A stretch of DNA of 55,151 nt from contig JBOEGF010000011.1 in assembly GCA_050633305.1 (NCBI GenBank), positions 315,317 to 370,467 on the forward strand, read 5' to 3'. The notes under the pieces are model-generated. The model saw only the letters and a program-made list of their open reading frames with translations. It was not told where the DNA came from and searched no databases. The position numbers and the translations under genes were made by a program. How positions within the stretch are numbered: position 1 is the first letter of the stretch; each line of letters begins with the position of its first letter. The DNA comes from Nannocystales bacterium (GTDB taxonomy: Bacteria > Myxococcota_A > Polyangia > Nannocystales > Nannocystaceae). Of this stretch, positions 1 through 8,822 are shown in pieces.

Positions 1-111
1 GGGCTCGCCTGTTGGCGCTTCGCTTCATCCCCTGTCGGCGCTTCGTGGCCGCTTCGAAGCGGCGGCGTGGGCCGCTTGGTTCATCTTTCGTGAGCTCCCG
101 GGGGCGGAGAC

Positions 112-999
112 TTAGGTCGTTCGTGGGCCCAGCCAGGACTCTGCGAGTTTTGCGAGGCGTTGTAGGATTGGCTCGTGGTGCTCGGCGGCGCAGGCGACCA
201 CTCCGCCGGGGTGGGTCACGGGGGGAGCGCTGAAGTCCAAGGGATCGCCGCGCAGGTCGGAGACGCGGCCGCCGGCTGCGAGCACGAGGGCCAGCGGCGG
301 GCAGGTGTCCCACATTTTCGTTTTGCCCGGCGCCTGCACGTAGCAATCGGACTGACCGCGCGCGACGGAGGCCATGCGGACCCCGACCGAGCCCACAGAG
401 CGGACGCGGTCGCGGCTGATGCCCAGGGCTTTGTGAATCTCCCGTTGGCGGGAGAACGGGGCCACTTTGCCGCCGATGATCTCGATCGCATCCCAGGGGC
501 GCACCACGGCGCGCAGCGGTACTGGCCCGGCGAGGGTTTCGGTTTCGCCTGTCCACCGAGCTGTCGGTGTGCCCACGCCCTCGAGCGAGGCCCAGCTGAG
601 CCGACCATGCGCAGGTTCGGCGACGACGCCCAGGACGGGCTCGCCGTCGATGCACAGCCCGAGTTGAACCGTCCACCCCGGAGTCCCTCGGGCGAACTCG
701 CGGGTGCCGTCGATCGGATCGACGAACCAGCATCGGCCGCCGCGTTGCCAGGCGGTTTCCTCCCAGCTCTCTTCGGCGACGATGGGATCGTGGGGGAACG
801 CATCGTGCAACGCCCCTACGATGTGGGCGTCCACGGTCTCGTCGGCGGCCGTGACGGGGCCGCCACCGAGCGGCTTGTTTCGTAGCCGAAGGATTCGGGC
901 CCCGCCCCGCTGAAACGTTCGCGCTATCTCGGCACCGGTTCGCGCCAGCGAGATGGCCAAGCGACGCTCTTCATCCAAGGAAGCCAAAGACGTCCCCAC
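112..999 (-). CDS. cysQ: 3'(2'),5'-bisphosphate nucleotidase CysQ / inositol monophosphatase family
   Basis: FIG-superfamily motifs PVTAAD, AEES, VDPIDGTREF and WDTC. Confidence 0.8.
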   Translation of the reverse strand: MGTSLASLDEERRLAISLARTGAEIARTFQRGGARILRLRNKPLGGGPVTAADETVDAHIVGALHDAFPHDPIVAEESWEETAWQRGGRCWFVDPIDGTREFARGTPGWTVQLGLCIDGEPVLGVVAEPAHGRLSWASLEGVGTPTARWTGETETLAGPVPLRAVVRPWDAIEIIGGKVAPFSRQREIHKALGISRDRVRSVGSVGVRMASVARGQSDCYVQAPGKTKMWDTCPPLALVLAAGGRVSDLRGDPLDFSAPPVTHPGGVVACAAEHHEPILQRLAKLAESWLGPRTT

Positions 1000-1104
1000 G
1001 GTAGCGCCCCAGACACTCCATGGCGACCCGATAGCGTGCAGTCGGGGGACGGAGATGTGCCTGGAGGTTGAGTCAACCCGCCGGCCGCTCCTACACTGTC
1101 CGTC

Positions 1105-3453
1105 ATGGGGACGGTGGGTCGATGCTTTGGGGTGCTTTGTGGACTTGCGCTGGGCCCTGGGTGCTCCTCGAGCACACCGCCCGAGGAGAGCGGTTCCTCG
1201 GAGTCTCTGAGCGACACGTTGACGGACACGGACGGGACCGATACGTCGACGGGCGGAACCTCGGCGGAGGGGTCGTCGGGCGTGGTGCCCACCGAGGGGT
1301 CATCGGGCCCGACCTGCGCCGACGAGGAAATCTCTTGCGAGGACAGTTGCTGCCCGAACACGCAGGTCTGTTTCGAAGGCACGTGTGCGGACGACTGTGG
1401 AGGAACGGCGGCGTGTGGTGCGTCGCAGGTGTGCTGCGGTGAGGGGGATACGTGTTACCTGGGCCAGTGCGTGACGCCGGCCGGGGCGTGCCAGGACAGC
1501 GGCTGCGCGACGCGGGTGGAGGACAGCAACTGCGGGGAAGGGTTCATCTGCGCCGGAGACCTCGGACTGTGTGTCCCTTCGATGGCCGACCCTGCCTGCG
1601 AGTACGTTCCGCCGCCGGCCGAGTTCTCTCCAATCCCGCGCTTCACCTGGGGAACCCGCGCGCAGGTGGCCTGCGTGGACGGGAGCGAGTGTCAAACCGC
1701 AGAGACCTGCGTGGCGGATGTTTGCGTGCCGAGCTGGACACACCGCGACCCCGACGTGGCGCCGGCGAACTACCAGGTGTCTTCCATCCCTGTGGTCGCA
1801 GACCTCAATGCCGACTGTACGCCGGAGATCATCTTCAACACGTACATCGACGGGACGATCTCGTCCGACGGTGTCATCCGGGCGATCCGCGGGGACACCG
1901 GATTGCCGGTCTGGTCGGTGACGGACCCGGCGTATCAGACCAACTCGACCGCCAACCCGTCGGTCGGCGACATCGACAGCGATGGTCTGCCTGAAGTTGT
2001 CGTTGCAGGCCTTGGGTCGACGCTCGTCGCGATCGAAAGCGACGGCACCCCGATGTGGGTGTCGGACACGTTCACGAGTGCCAACAGCAGTGGCTCGGTG
2101 GCCATCGCCAACATGGACAACGCTGGAGACCCCGAGCTTGTGTTCGGCGCCGCGGTCGTGGACAGCAGCGGTGCGCTGGTATGGGAGGGAACCGCGGGAA
2201 TCGGGCGAGACGGGCAAGGCCCGATCTCCTGTGTTGCGGACCTCAATGGTGACGGCCGCCCCGAACTGATCGGCGGAAACACGGCGTACACCACGACCGG
2301 GACGGTCGCCGGGGGTGACTTCGCGGGCTCCATCCTCTGGGAGTCGACCGTGGGGGATGGCCGCTGCGGCGTCGCGGACTTCGATGCCGACGGTCTGCCC
2401 GAGGTGATTCTCGTGCGCGGCGGTCAGGTGCACGCACTCAACGGCCAAACCGGGGTCGAGTTGGCCTCGTTTGCGATCCCCGGCACCGCCGATCGCGGCG
2501 GTGCACCGAACATCGCGGACTTCAACGGCGATGGCCGTCCCGACATCGCCACGGCGGGCGCTTCGTTCTACGTGGTCGCCGAGTTCGATGGGACGAGCTT
2601 TTCCGAGCTGTGGCGCGCCGCAACCGAAGACGACTCGTCCCGGGTGACCGGGTCTTCGGTGTTCGACTTCGACGGAGATGGCATCAACGAGGTCGTCTAC
2701 AACGACGAATTCTTCATTCGCATCTATCCCGGGGTGGAGCCGGACTGTCAGCTCGTCCCGCCAGGGCCCGGGTGCGATGGAATCATGACCGACGAGGAGG
2801 TGCTCTTCCAGGACCCGAACACGTCCAGAACTCGAACCGAGTATCCGGTGGTGGCGGATGTGGACGGCGACTTCAAAGCGGAGTTGGTGTTCTCCAACAA
2901 CTCCGACGTGTCGTGGGGCCTCGATGGTGGCATCGAGGTCTGGGAGGACCAACTCGACAACTGGGTCGCGACACGCCCGGTATGGAACCAGCACAGCTAT
3001 CACATCACCAACGTGGAGGTGGACGGCACCATCCCGGTGACCGAGCCCGACGCTTGGGACACACCCGGATTCAACGCGTACCGGCGCAACGCCCAGGGCG
3101 CTTCAAATTTCTGCGCGCCCGACCTCGCGTTGTTCGACCTCCGCGTCGATCAGGTGGTGTGTCCGACGTTGGACATCAGCGTAGACGTTGCCAACCTCGG
3201 CTGTCTGGGCGTCGGTCCTGGCGTGGCGGTCTCCTTCTACGAGGAGACCGCGGGACTGCTCGGGACGGTGAACACGGTCGCCGCATTGCCGGCGGGGGCG
3301 TCGGAGACTGTCACGCTCGCGACCGGAGAGTCGATCCCCTCCGCTACCATCTTCGCGGTTGTCGACGACGATGGGACCGGCAACGGGGTGCTCAACGAGT
3401 GTGACGAGACCAACGATATCGAGCCGCTGCTGGTCTGCACTCCTGTGGGCTAG
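1105..3453 (+). CDS. FG-GAP/VCBS-repeat Cys-rich lipoprotein with C-terminal CARDB-like Ig domain
   Basis: Lipobox-like GPGC, S/T-rich linker, Cys-rich region, many DxDxDG Ca-binding repeats (DIDSDGLPE, DLNGDGRPE, DFDADGLPE, DFDGDG) and a C-terminal VVDDD...ECDETN motif. Confidence 0.85.
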   Translation: MGTVGRCFGVLCGLALGPGCSSSTPPEESGSSESLSDTLTDTDGTDTSTGGTSAEGSSGVVPTEGSSGPTCADEEISCEDSCCPNTQVCFEGTCADDCGGTAACGASQVCCGEGDTCYLGQCVTPAGACQDSGCATRVEDSNCGEGFICAGDLGLCVPSMADPACEYVPPPAEFSPIPRFTWGTRAQVACVDGSECQTAETCVADVCVPSWTHRDPDVAPANYQVSSIPVVADLNADCTPEIIFNTYIDGTISSDGVIRAIRGDTGLPVWSVTDPAYQTNSTANPSVGDIDSDGLPEVVVAGLGSTLVAIESDGTPMWVSDTFTSANSSGSVAIANMDNAGDPELVFGAAVVDSSGALVWEGTAGIGRDGQGPISCVADLNGDGRPELIGGNTAYTTTGTVAGGDFAGSILWESTVGDGRCGVADFDADGLPEVILVRGGQVHALNGQTGVELASFAIPGTADRGGAPNIADFNGDGRPDIATAGASFYVVAEFDGTSFSELWRAATEDDSSRVTGSSVFDFDGDGINEVVYNDEFFIRIYPGVEPDCQLVPPGPGCDGIMTDEEVLFQDPNTSRTRTEYPVVADVDGDFKAELVFSNNSDVSWGLDGGIEVWEDQLDNWVATRPVWNQHSYHITNVEVDGTIPVTEPDAWDTPGFNAYRRNAQGASNFCAPDLALFDLRVDQVVCPTLDISVDVANLGCLGVGPGVAVSFYEETAGLLGTVNTVAALPAGASETVTLATGESIPSATIFAVVDDDGTGNGVLNECDETNDIEPLLVCTPVG

Positions 3454-3473
3454 GGACGCGCCGTCGTCCATCG

Positions 3474-4703
3474 CTACGGCTCCGCGGGCCCATCGAGGTC
3501 GTCGCGGCGCTTTTCGAGGAACATGCGGTCGGCTTCGTTGCGCGTCAGCGCGAGGGCTTGGTCGTATGCATCCCGAGCTGCGTCGGTCCGGCCCAGTCGG
3601 CGGAGCATGTCAGCGCGGGCAGCGTGAAACGACTGGTAGTGCTCGAGTCCTTCGGGCAGGTTCTCCAGGCCGAGGGCCGGACCACGGGCAAATGACAGCG
3701 CGACCGCTCGGTTGAGCGCGACGACGGGGGTTGGGGTGAACTCGATCAAACGATCGTAGATGAGCGCGACTTCATCCCATCGGGTCGCTTCGAAGTCGGC
3801 AGCTTCGGCGTGAATCGCCGAAATTGCCGCCTGCAGTTGAAACGGCCCCGGGCGGCCACGGCGGAGCGTGGTCTTGATGAGCGCCAACCCTTCGCCGATG
3901 TTCTCGTGGTCCCAGCGGGTACGGTCGTGAAGCTCCAGTGGAATGGCGGCGCCTGACGCATCGAGCCGGGCGGGGCTGCGTGCGTGGTTGAGCAGCAGCA
4001 GGGCCAGCAAGCCCGCGACCTCGGCGTCGGCTGGACACAGCGAGTGAAGGGCCCGAGCAAGCCGGGTCGCCTCATCGCAGAGCGTCCGGCGTACCACGGC
4101 CTCCCCCTCGTTCGCCGAGTAGCCCTCATTGAAGATGAGATAGATGACAGTGAGGACCGAGGTCAGGCGCGACTCCCAGGCGTCCGGTTCGGGGACTTCG
4201 TAGGGGATCCCCGCCTTGGCGATCTTGGCCTTTGCGCGCGCCAGCCGTTGGGCCATCGTCGCCTCCTTGTCGAGGAACGCTCTCGCGATCTCGGGGGTGG
4301 CCAGTCCGCACAGGGTCCGCAGTGTCAGGGCGATTCGCGTCTTGGCGTCGAGGGCAGGGTGGCACGCCGTGAAGATGAGCCGCAGCCGCTCGTCCGGGAT
4401 GTCATGCTCGGACTCGATCTCCTCCGCGTCGAGGGCCATGAGGTAGGCGAGGTCCGGCTGAGCCTTCGTTCGGGTCGCTGCCCGCCGGAGTCGGCTGATC
4501 GCCTTACGACGCGCGACCTGGAGGAGCCACCCCTGAGGGTTGCGTGGAACCCCTCGTGGCCAGTGCTCTAACGCACTGCGAAAGGCCTCCGAGAGGCAAT
4601 CCTCGGCGAGTTGGAAATCGCGAAGGTTGCCGATCAGAACGGCGAGGAGCCGCCCCCAGTCGTCCCGCATGAGCTTTGCGATGTCCGACTGGAGGCGTTC
4701 CAC
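3474..4703 (-). CDS. ECF42-type RNA polymerase sigma factor with C-terminal TPR/DUF6596 extension
   Basis: Motifs LAEDCL, DERLRLIFTACHPAL, MAQRLARAK, YLIFNEGY and GPFQLQAAISA. Lies directly downstream of a DGPF/YciI gene. Confidence 0.9.
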   Translation of the reverse strand: MERLQSDIAKLMRDDWGRLLAVLIGNLRDFQLAEDCLSEAFRSALEHWPRGVPRNPQGWLLQVARRKAISRLRRAATRTKAQPDLAYLMALDAEEIESEHDIPDERLRLIFTACHPALDAKTRIALTLRTLCGLATPEIARAFLDKEATMAQRLARAKAKIAKAGIPYEVPEPDAWESRLTSVLTVIYLIFNEGYSANEGEAVVRRTLCDEATRLARALHSLCPADAEVAGLLALLLLNHARSPARLDASGAAIPLELHDRTRWDHENIGEGLALIKTTLRRGRPGPFQLQAAISAIHAEAADFEATRWDEVALIYDRLIEFTPTPVVALNRAVALSFARGPALGLENLPEGLEHYQSFHAARADMLRRLGRTDAARDAYDQALALTRNEADRMFLEKRRDDLDGPAEP

Positions 4704-4704
4704 G

Positions 4705-5073
4705 TCAGGCGTCCGTCATTTCGGAGAGGTCGATGAGGGGGCGGACCTCGATGGTGCCGGTCTCGTGGACGGGGATCATCGCGGCGTATTTGATCGCCTC
4801 GTCGAGGTTCTTGCAGTCGAGGACGTAGTAGCCGCCGAGTTGCTCCTTGGTTTCGGCGAAGGGGCCATCCATCGTCTCCTGTTTGCCCCCGCGAACGCGA
4901 ACGCGGGTCGCGGTGGTGGAGGGCTGGAGCGCCTCGCCGCCGACATAGACACCGGCCTCCTTGAGCGCCGCGTCAAGCGCGAGCCATTGGCCCATGTAGG
5001 CCTCGAACTCGGGACTGTCCGGAGCGAAGTCGTTGGTGCCCTCTGGATCGTAGATCAGTGCGAGAAATTTCAT
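4705..5073 (-). CDS. YciI/DGPF-domain protein
   Basis: DGPFAETKEQLGGYY and IEVRP motifs. Start set at MKFLALIY (ATG 5073). Confidence 0.92.
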   Translation of the reverse strand: MKFLALIYDPEGTNDFAPDSPEFEAYMGQWLALDAALKEAGVYVGGEALQPSTTATRVRVRGGKQETMDGPFAETKEQLGGYYVLDCKNLDEAIKYAAMIPVHETGTIEVRPLIDLSEMTDA

Positions 5074-5123
5074 CGTGTCTGCTTTCGTTGTGTCCGTGGC
5101 CGTTGTCGTCGCCACATCTGGGA

Positions 5124-5150
5124 GACGCTCGGGTGTCCGCGGGATCGACA
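5124..5150 (-). promoter_or_regulatory. Putative ECF42-dependent promoter (TGTCGA-N17-CGTC)
   Basis: Minus strand reads TGTCGA tcccgcggacacccgag CGTC about 50 nt upstream of the YciI start, preceded by a T-rich tract. Confidence 0.6.
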
Positions 5151-5196
5151 TCGCCGCAAGAAAAGCGAAAAAAAAGGAAAAGAATCCGCCTCGCGC

Positions 5197-6993
5197 CTAG
5201 CTCGGGTCGAGCGCATACCGGAGTAACGCCTCCGCGTCCGCGCTCCGCCCCTCGGCGTACAGGGCCTCGCCCAGCGCCTTGGTCGTCTGGAGGTAGTTCG
5301 TCAGGACGTCGGTGGCGAAGGGGTGGCCGTCGACGAACGGAACCTTGACGAGGGGCCCGTAGCGCTTGAGGGCGGCCTTGTGACGGGTGACGACTTCGTC
5401 CGCGGTGGCCGGAGGAAGGCGCGGGTGGACGAGTCTCCACAGGACGCCCTCGGGCACACGATTGAGTCCGACCGAGTGCCGGGAGAAGTCGTTGGTGAGG
5501 TACAGCGGGACCTCGTCCCACGCTGGGTCGGCTTGCAGCGCGGTGAGGAGCAGCACCGGCTTGTCGATGTCCGGCAGGGCGGGAAGTCTCGCGCGGAGCC
5601 GAGCCCGGTACCAGGGGTAGGCCAGCAAGGACGCGTCGATGTAGACGACGTGCTCCCCCTCGCCGAGGACCTCCTGCGCGTACAGAATCGGGAAGGTGCG
5701 GTGGTCGTCGGTGCCGACGATGACCGCCCGGGGGGCATCGGGCGTACGTAGGACGTCGACCGCATAGCGTTGCAGCCATGGGTTGGTCGAGGGGACTCCG
5801 TGCCACGCGGCGAAGACGACCTGTCGGAGGACCAGGAGCGCGGCTGCAACCGCCAGGCCCTGTCCGGCTCGGCCGCGCTCCGCGACCGCGCCGGGCAGAG
5901 GGGCGAGGGCCAGCGCGCACACGGGGATCAGCAGGGTGAGCGGGACAAGGTCGAACCGCTCGAGGATCCACTGTCCGAACGGGGATGTGGGGTCCAGGTT
6001 GTGGGCAAGCGGAAAAAGACTTCCGGAGAGCAGCAGACTCGCGACCAGTCCCGCACGAAGCTTTCGCGGCCCGGGACCACGCCGGACGGCAAGAGCGCAC
6101 GGGGCCAGCAGGAGGACCCCCGACAGCAGCCAGTGTGGGCTGAGCTGGGCCGAGAGCGCGCCGCCTTGGACTTGCCACGCACGGCGCAGCTGGGCCCACG
6201 CCGGGACCTGCCCATTCTTCTGCAAGCTGAGGTCGAACACGCCGTAGTCGCCGCGGGTGACGTGATGCAGCCATCCCGAGAGGGACTCGGTGTTCCCCCA
6301 CGCCCATGCCGCGTCCGGGCCTTGGGCGCCGAGCATGAGCGTGAGGAGGGGGGCGAGGCCGAGCAGGCTGCCTCCGAGCCCCTGCAGACCCGCTCGGAGG
6401 ACGGTCTTCGGCGTCGCGTTGTCCGGCCAGGCCGCAGCGATGGCCAGCGGGGCGAGGAAGACGGCGGTGAGGTGGTGGCTGACCCCAAGCCCAAGCGCCA
6501 CGCCCAGGACCCACGGTGGGCTGCGACGGACGAGCGCGAGGTAGGTGAACCCGGAAACGGCGAACAGCAAGGGGCCCCACACCTCGCTGTCGAAGACGTG
6601 GAGGACGACGGGCGGGGCGCTGGCGAGGAGCAGCGTGAGCACGGTGGCGATGACCTCCCGTGCGCGCATCGAAGCGCCGCGCAACATGTGCAGGGCGACG
6701 CGGTGCATGACGGCGAACCCGGCGATGCCCGACAGCGCGCAGGGGGTGGCGGCAGCCGTGGCCGGGGGCAAGCCCAGCGCAGCCAGGGCGGAGGCGGGGA
6801 GTCCGAGGAGCCGCATCCAGGGGTAGCCAGAGGGATGAGGCACGCCGCCGCGAAGCATGATGGTGGCGAACTCTCCGGCGTCGCCGGGTTGGATCGCCCG
6901 GGGCATGGCCCAGATCGCGATCGTGAGCAGGACGCCCACGACGACGAGCGTGCTTCGTATCCCGGCGGTGGAGGGTTCGGAGTGTTGGGTCAT
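5197..6993 (-). CDS. DUF2723 / TMEM260-like polytopic GT-C glycosyltransferase (putative protein O-mannosyltransferase)
   Basis: GDAGEF...GVPHPSGYP signature, SEVW, GVSHHLT and many TM helices. Start ATG 6993 overlaps the upstream stop (ATGA). Confidence 0.8.
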   Translation of the reverse strand: MTQHSEPSTAGIRSTLVVVGVLLTIAIWAMPRAIQPGDAGEFATIMLRGGVPHPSGYPWMRLLGLPASALAALGLPPATAAATPCALSGIAGFAVMHRVALHMLRGASMRAREVIATVLTLLLASAPPVVLHVFDSEVWGPLLFAVSGFTYLALVRRSPPWVLGVALGLGVSHHLTAVFLAPLAIAAAWPDNATPKTVLRAGLQGLGGSLLGLAPLLTLMLGAQGPDAAWAWGNTESLSGWLHHVTRGDYGVFDLSLQKNGQVPAWAQLRRAWQVQGGALSAQLSPHWLLSGVLLLAPCALAVRRGPGPRKLRAGLVASLLLSGSLFPLAHNLDPTSPFGQWILERFDLVPLTLLIPVCALALAPLPGAVAERGRAGQGLAVAAALLVLRQVVFAAWHGVPSTNPWLQRYAVDVLRTPDAPRAVIVGTDDHRTFPILYAQEVLGEGEHVVYIDASLLAYPWYRARLRARLPALPDIDKPVLLLTALQADPAWDEVPLYLTNDFSRHSVGLNRVPEGVLWRLVHPRLPPATADEVVTRHKAALKRYGPLVKVPFVDGHPFATDVLTNYLQTTKALGEALYAEGRSADAEALLRYALDPS

Positions 6994-8822
6994 CGGGACA
7001 GCAGATCGTCGAGGGCTAACATCCAAGACCCTGCCGGGGTGCGGACGAGGCTGCTGGGTTGCAGGCGTTGGCGGACCGCGGCCTCGAGTCCCGGGGTGCT
7101 CAGGGCCAAGGCTTGATCGTCGAGCAGATCGACAAACCGTTCGACATCATCCTCGAGCGCTGCGCTTCCCTCGGGCCAGGGCGCCAGCGTGAGACGACGC
7201 CCCTCGCGGTCGAGGATGGGCTGCAGCCAGGGATGCACGTGTTGGCAGAGCGCTTCGAGTTCGGGTTCGGTCCACGTCTCAGCCGCATCGACTACGACGC
7301 CGGCGCGCATCAACGCGGAGCTGCTCTCGCCAGGTTGCGGGGCGACGCCGGCGCTCATCGAACCGGCGGCACCACCGAGTTCGTGGATGTCTGCGACGCG
7401 CGCTCGCAAGACTTCGAGTGCCGCCTCGGCGTCAGGCCGCTGCGCAGGATCGGCTTCCTGTAGGGCCCGCGCGATGGTGTCTTCGGGGGTCGACTCCGAG
7501 GGAGGAGGGGTCTGCAGGTCTCCGTCGAGCAGCCATTGCAGGAGGACACCGACCGCGAACATGTCGCTCTGCACGGTGGGTGCGGCACCGCTGCGGAGCT
7601 CGGGGGCAGTCATCGCCATCAGCTCCTCGAGCCCTCCGGTATGGGTGGCGGTGAGTCCGGAGAGGTGGTGTCCGCCAAAGGGAGGCACGAGTGGTCGGCC
7701 TGCGCCGTCAAACGTGACGAGGCTCGGCAGCAACCATCCGTGGACCAGACCCCGGGCATGCGCCGCCATCAGTCCCTCGAGCATGAACGCGATCCAGGCC
7801 CGGGCGCGCGAGCGGACCCTCCGCATGCCAGGCGGGCGCAGCAGGGCTCGCAGTGAGGTGCCTTCGGTTCGGGGCATCACGAGGAGTCCGGCGCGGGCGT
7901 CGAGCCGCAGAATCGGACGAATGGCAGGGTGTCCGATCGAGGCCGCGGCTCGGGCAACAGAGGAGAATCGGTCGAGCTGCTGTGCGACGTCGGGGTCGAG
8001 CTCGCGCGCGTCGCCGTGTTCGGCGAGCAAGAGGTGAAGCTCCACCTCTTCGTGAGTCGCGCGGTCGAGCGCCTGGTAGGTGGCGCCCACCAAGCCGGTC
8101 CCACCCAGGCCGGTGACTCGGTACCGACCGGGGCTCACGGCGTCGACGCTCCGCGAGGACTGCCCGCGCAGGACCATCTGGGCGGCGAGGTCGTGGCCAA
8201 GGGCGGTCAAGGCCCGCCCGAGTTGGTCTCGCGTGGCGTCGTCGTCCTCGCGAAGACGGAGGGAGGCCTGCGCGTGGCGAGCGGAGCCTTCCGCGTCTCC
8301 AAGCTCCCATGCCAAGGAGGCGGCGAGCGCCAACGCCGGGTGGGACTGCAGGGAATGCGCCTGCAGCATGTCGAGCGCTTCCTTGACCTCGCCGGCCTCC
8401 GCCAACGCGCGGGCTGCCCCGTAGGGATCCCCGCCGCGCTCCAACGCTCGGGCTTGGGCCACGGGGTCGTCGCGGAGGGCGAGCAGGCGCGCGGCCTCCA
8501 TTGGCCGGCGTCGCTTCTCCAGCAGCGCGATCGCGGCGTCCACTTCGTCCGGAACCGCGTGTTCCTCGAGTTCCGAGAGCACCGCGTCCAGATGCTGCGT
8601 GACTCCGGATTCGAGCGCGATCCGCAGGGCGTCGAGGCCGAGGTCGGCGTCTCTGTACGCCGCCAACGCGGCATCCCAGTCCCAGATCTGCTCCAGCACC
8701 GCGCCGGCGAGGTCAGGTCGGGCGCGAGCTCGCAGGGCGTCGGCGACCTCCTCGTGAAAGCCGCCCGCGAGCTTCTCGCGCTCGGTCTGCTCAAGCTGGG
8801 CGTGCAGCTCGCGGTCGTTCAC
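6990..8822 (-). CDS. TPR-like helical region plus Ser/Thr kinase-like (pseudokinase) domain
   Basis: Kinase fold recognisable (GRYRV..GxG.VG..Y.A.D, HP.I, APE, SDMFAVG) but catalytic motifs are degenerate. GTG 8822 overlaps the upstream stop (GTGA). Confidence 0.7.
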   Translation of the reverse strand: MNDRELHAQLEQTEREKLAGGFHEEVADALRARARPDLAGAVLEQIWDWDAALAAYRDADLGLDALRIALESGVTQHLDAVLSELEEHAVPDEVDAAIALLEKRRRPMEAARLLALRDDPVAQARALERGGDPYGAARALAEAGEVKEALDMLQAHSLQSHPALALAASLAWELGDAEGSARHAQASLRLREDDDATRDQLGRALTALGHDLAAQMVLRGQSSRSVDAVSPGRYRVTGLGGTGLVGATYQALDRATHEEVELHLLLAEHGDARELDPDVAQQLDRFSSVARAAASIGHPAIRPILRLDARAGLLVMPRTEGTSLRALLRPPGMRRVRSRARAWIAFMLEGLMAAHARGLVHGWLLPSLVTFDGAGRPLVPPFGGHHLSGLTATHTGGLEELMAMTAPELRSGAAPTVQSDMFAVGVLLQWLLDGDLQTPPPSESTPEDTIARALQEADPAQRPDAEAALEVLRARVADIHELGGAAGSMSAGVAPQPGESSSALMRAGVVVDAAETWTEPELEALCQHVHPWLQPILDREGRRLTLAPWPEGSAALEDDVERFVDLLDDQALALSTPGLEAAVRQRLQPSSLVRTPAGSWMLALDDLLSR

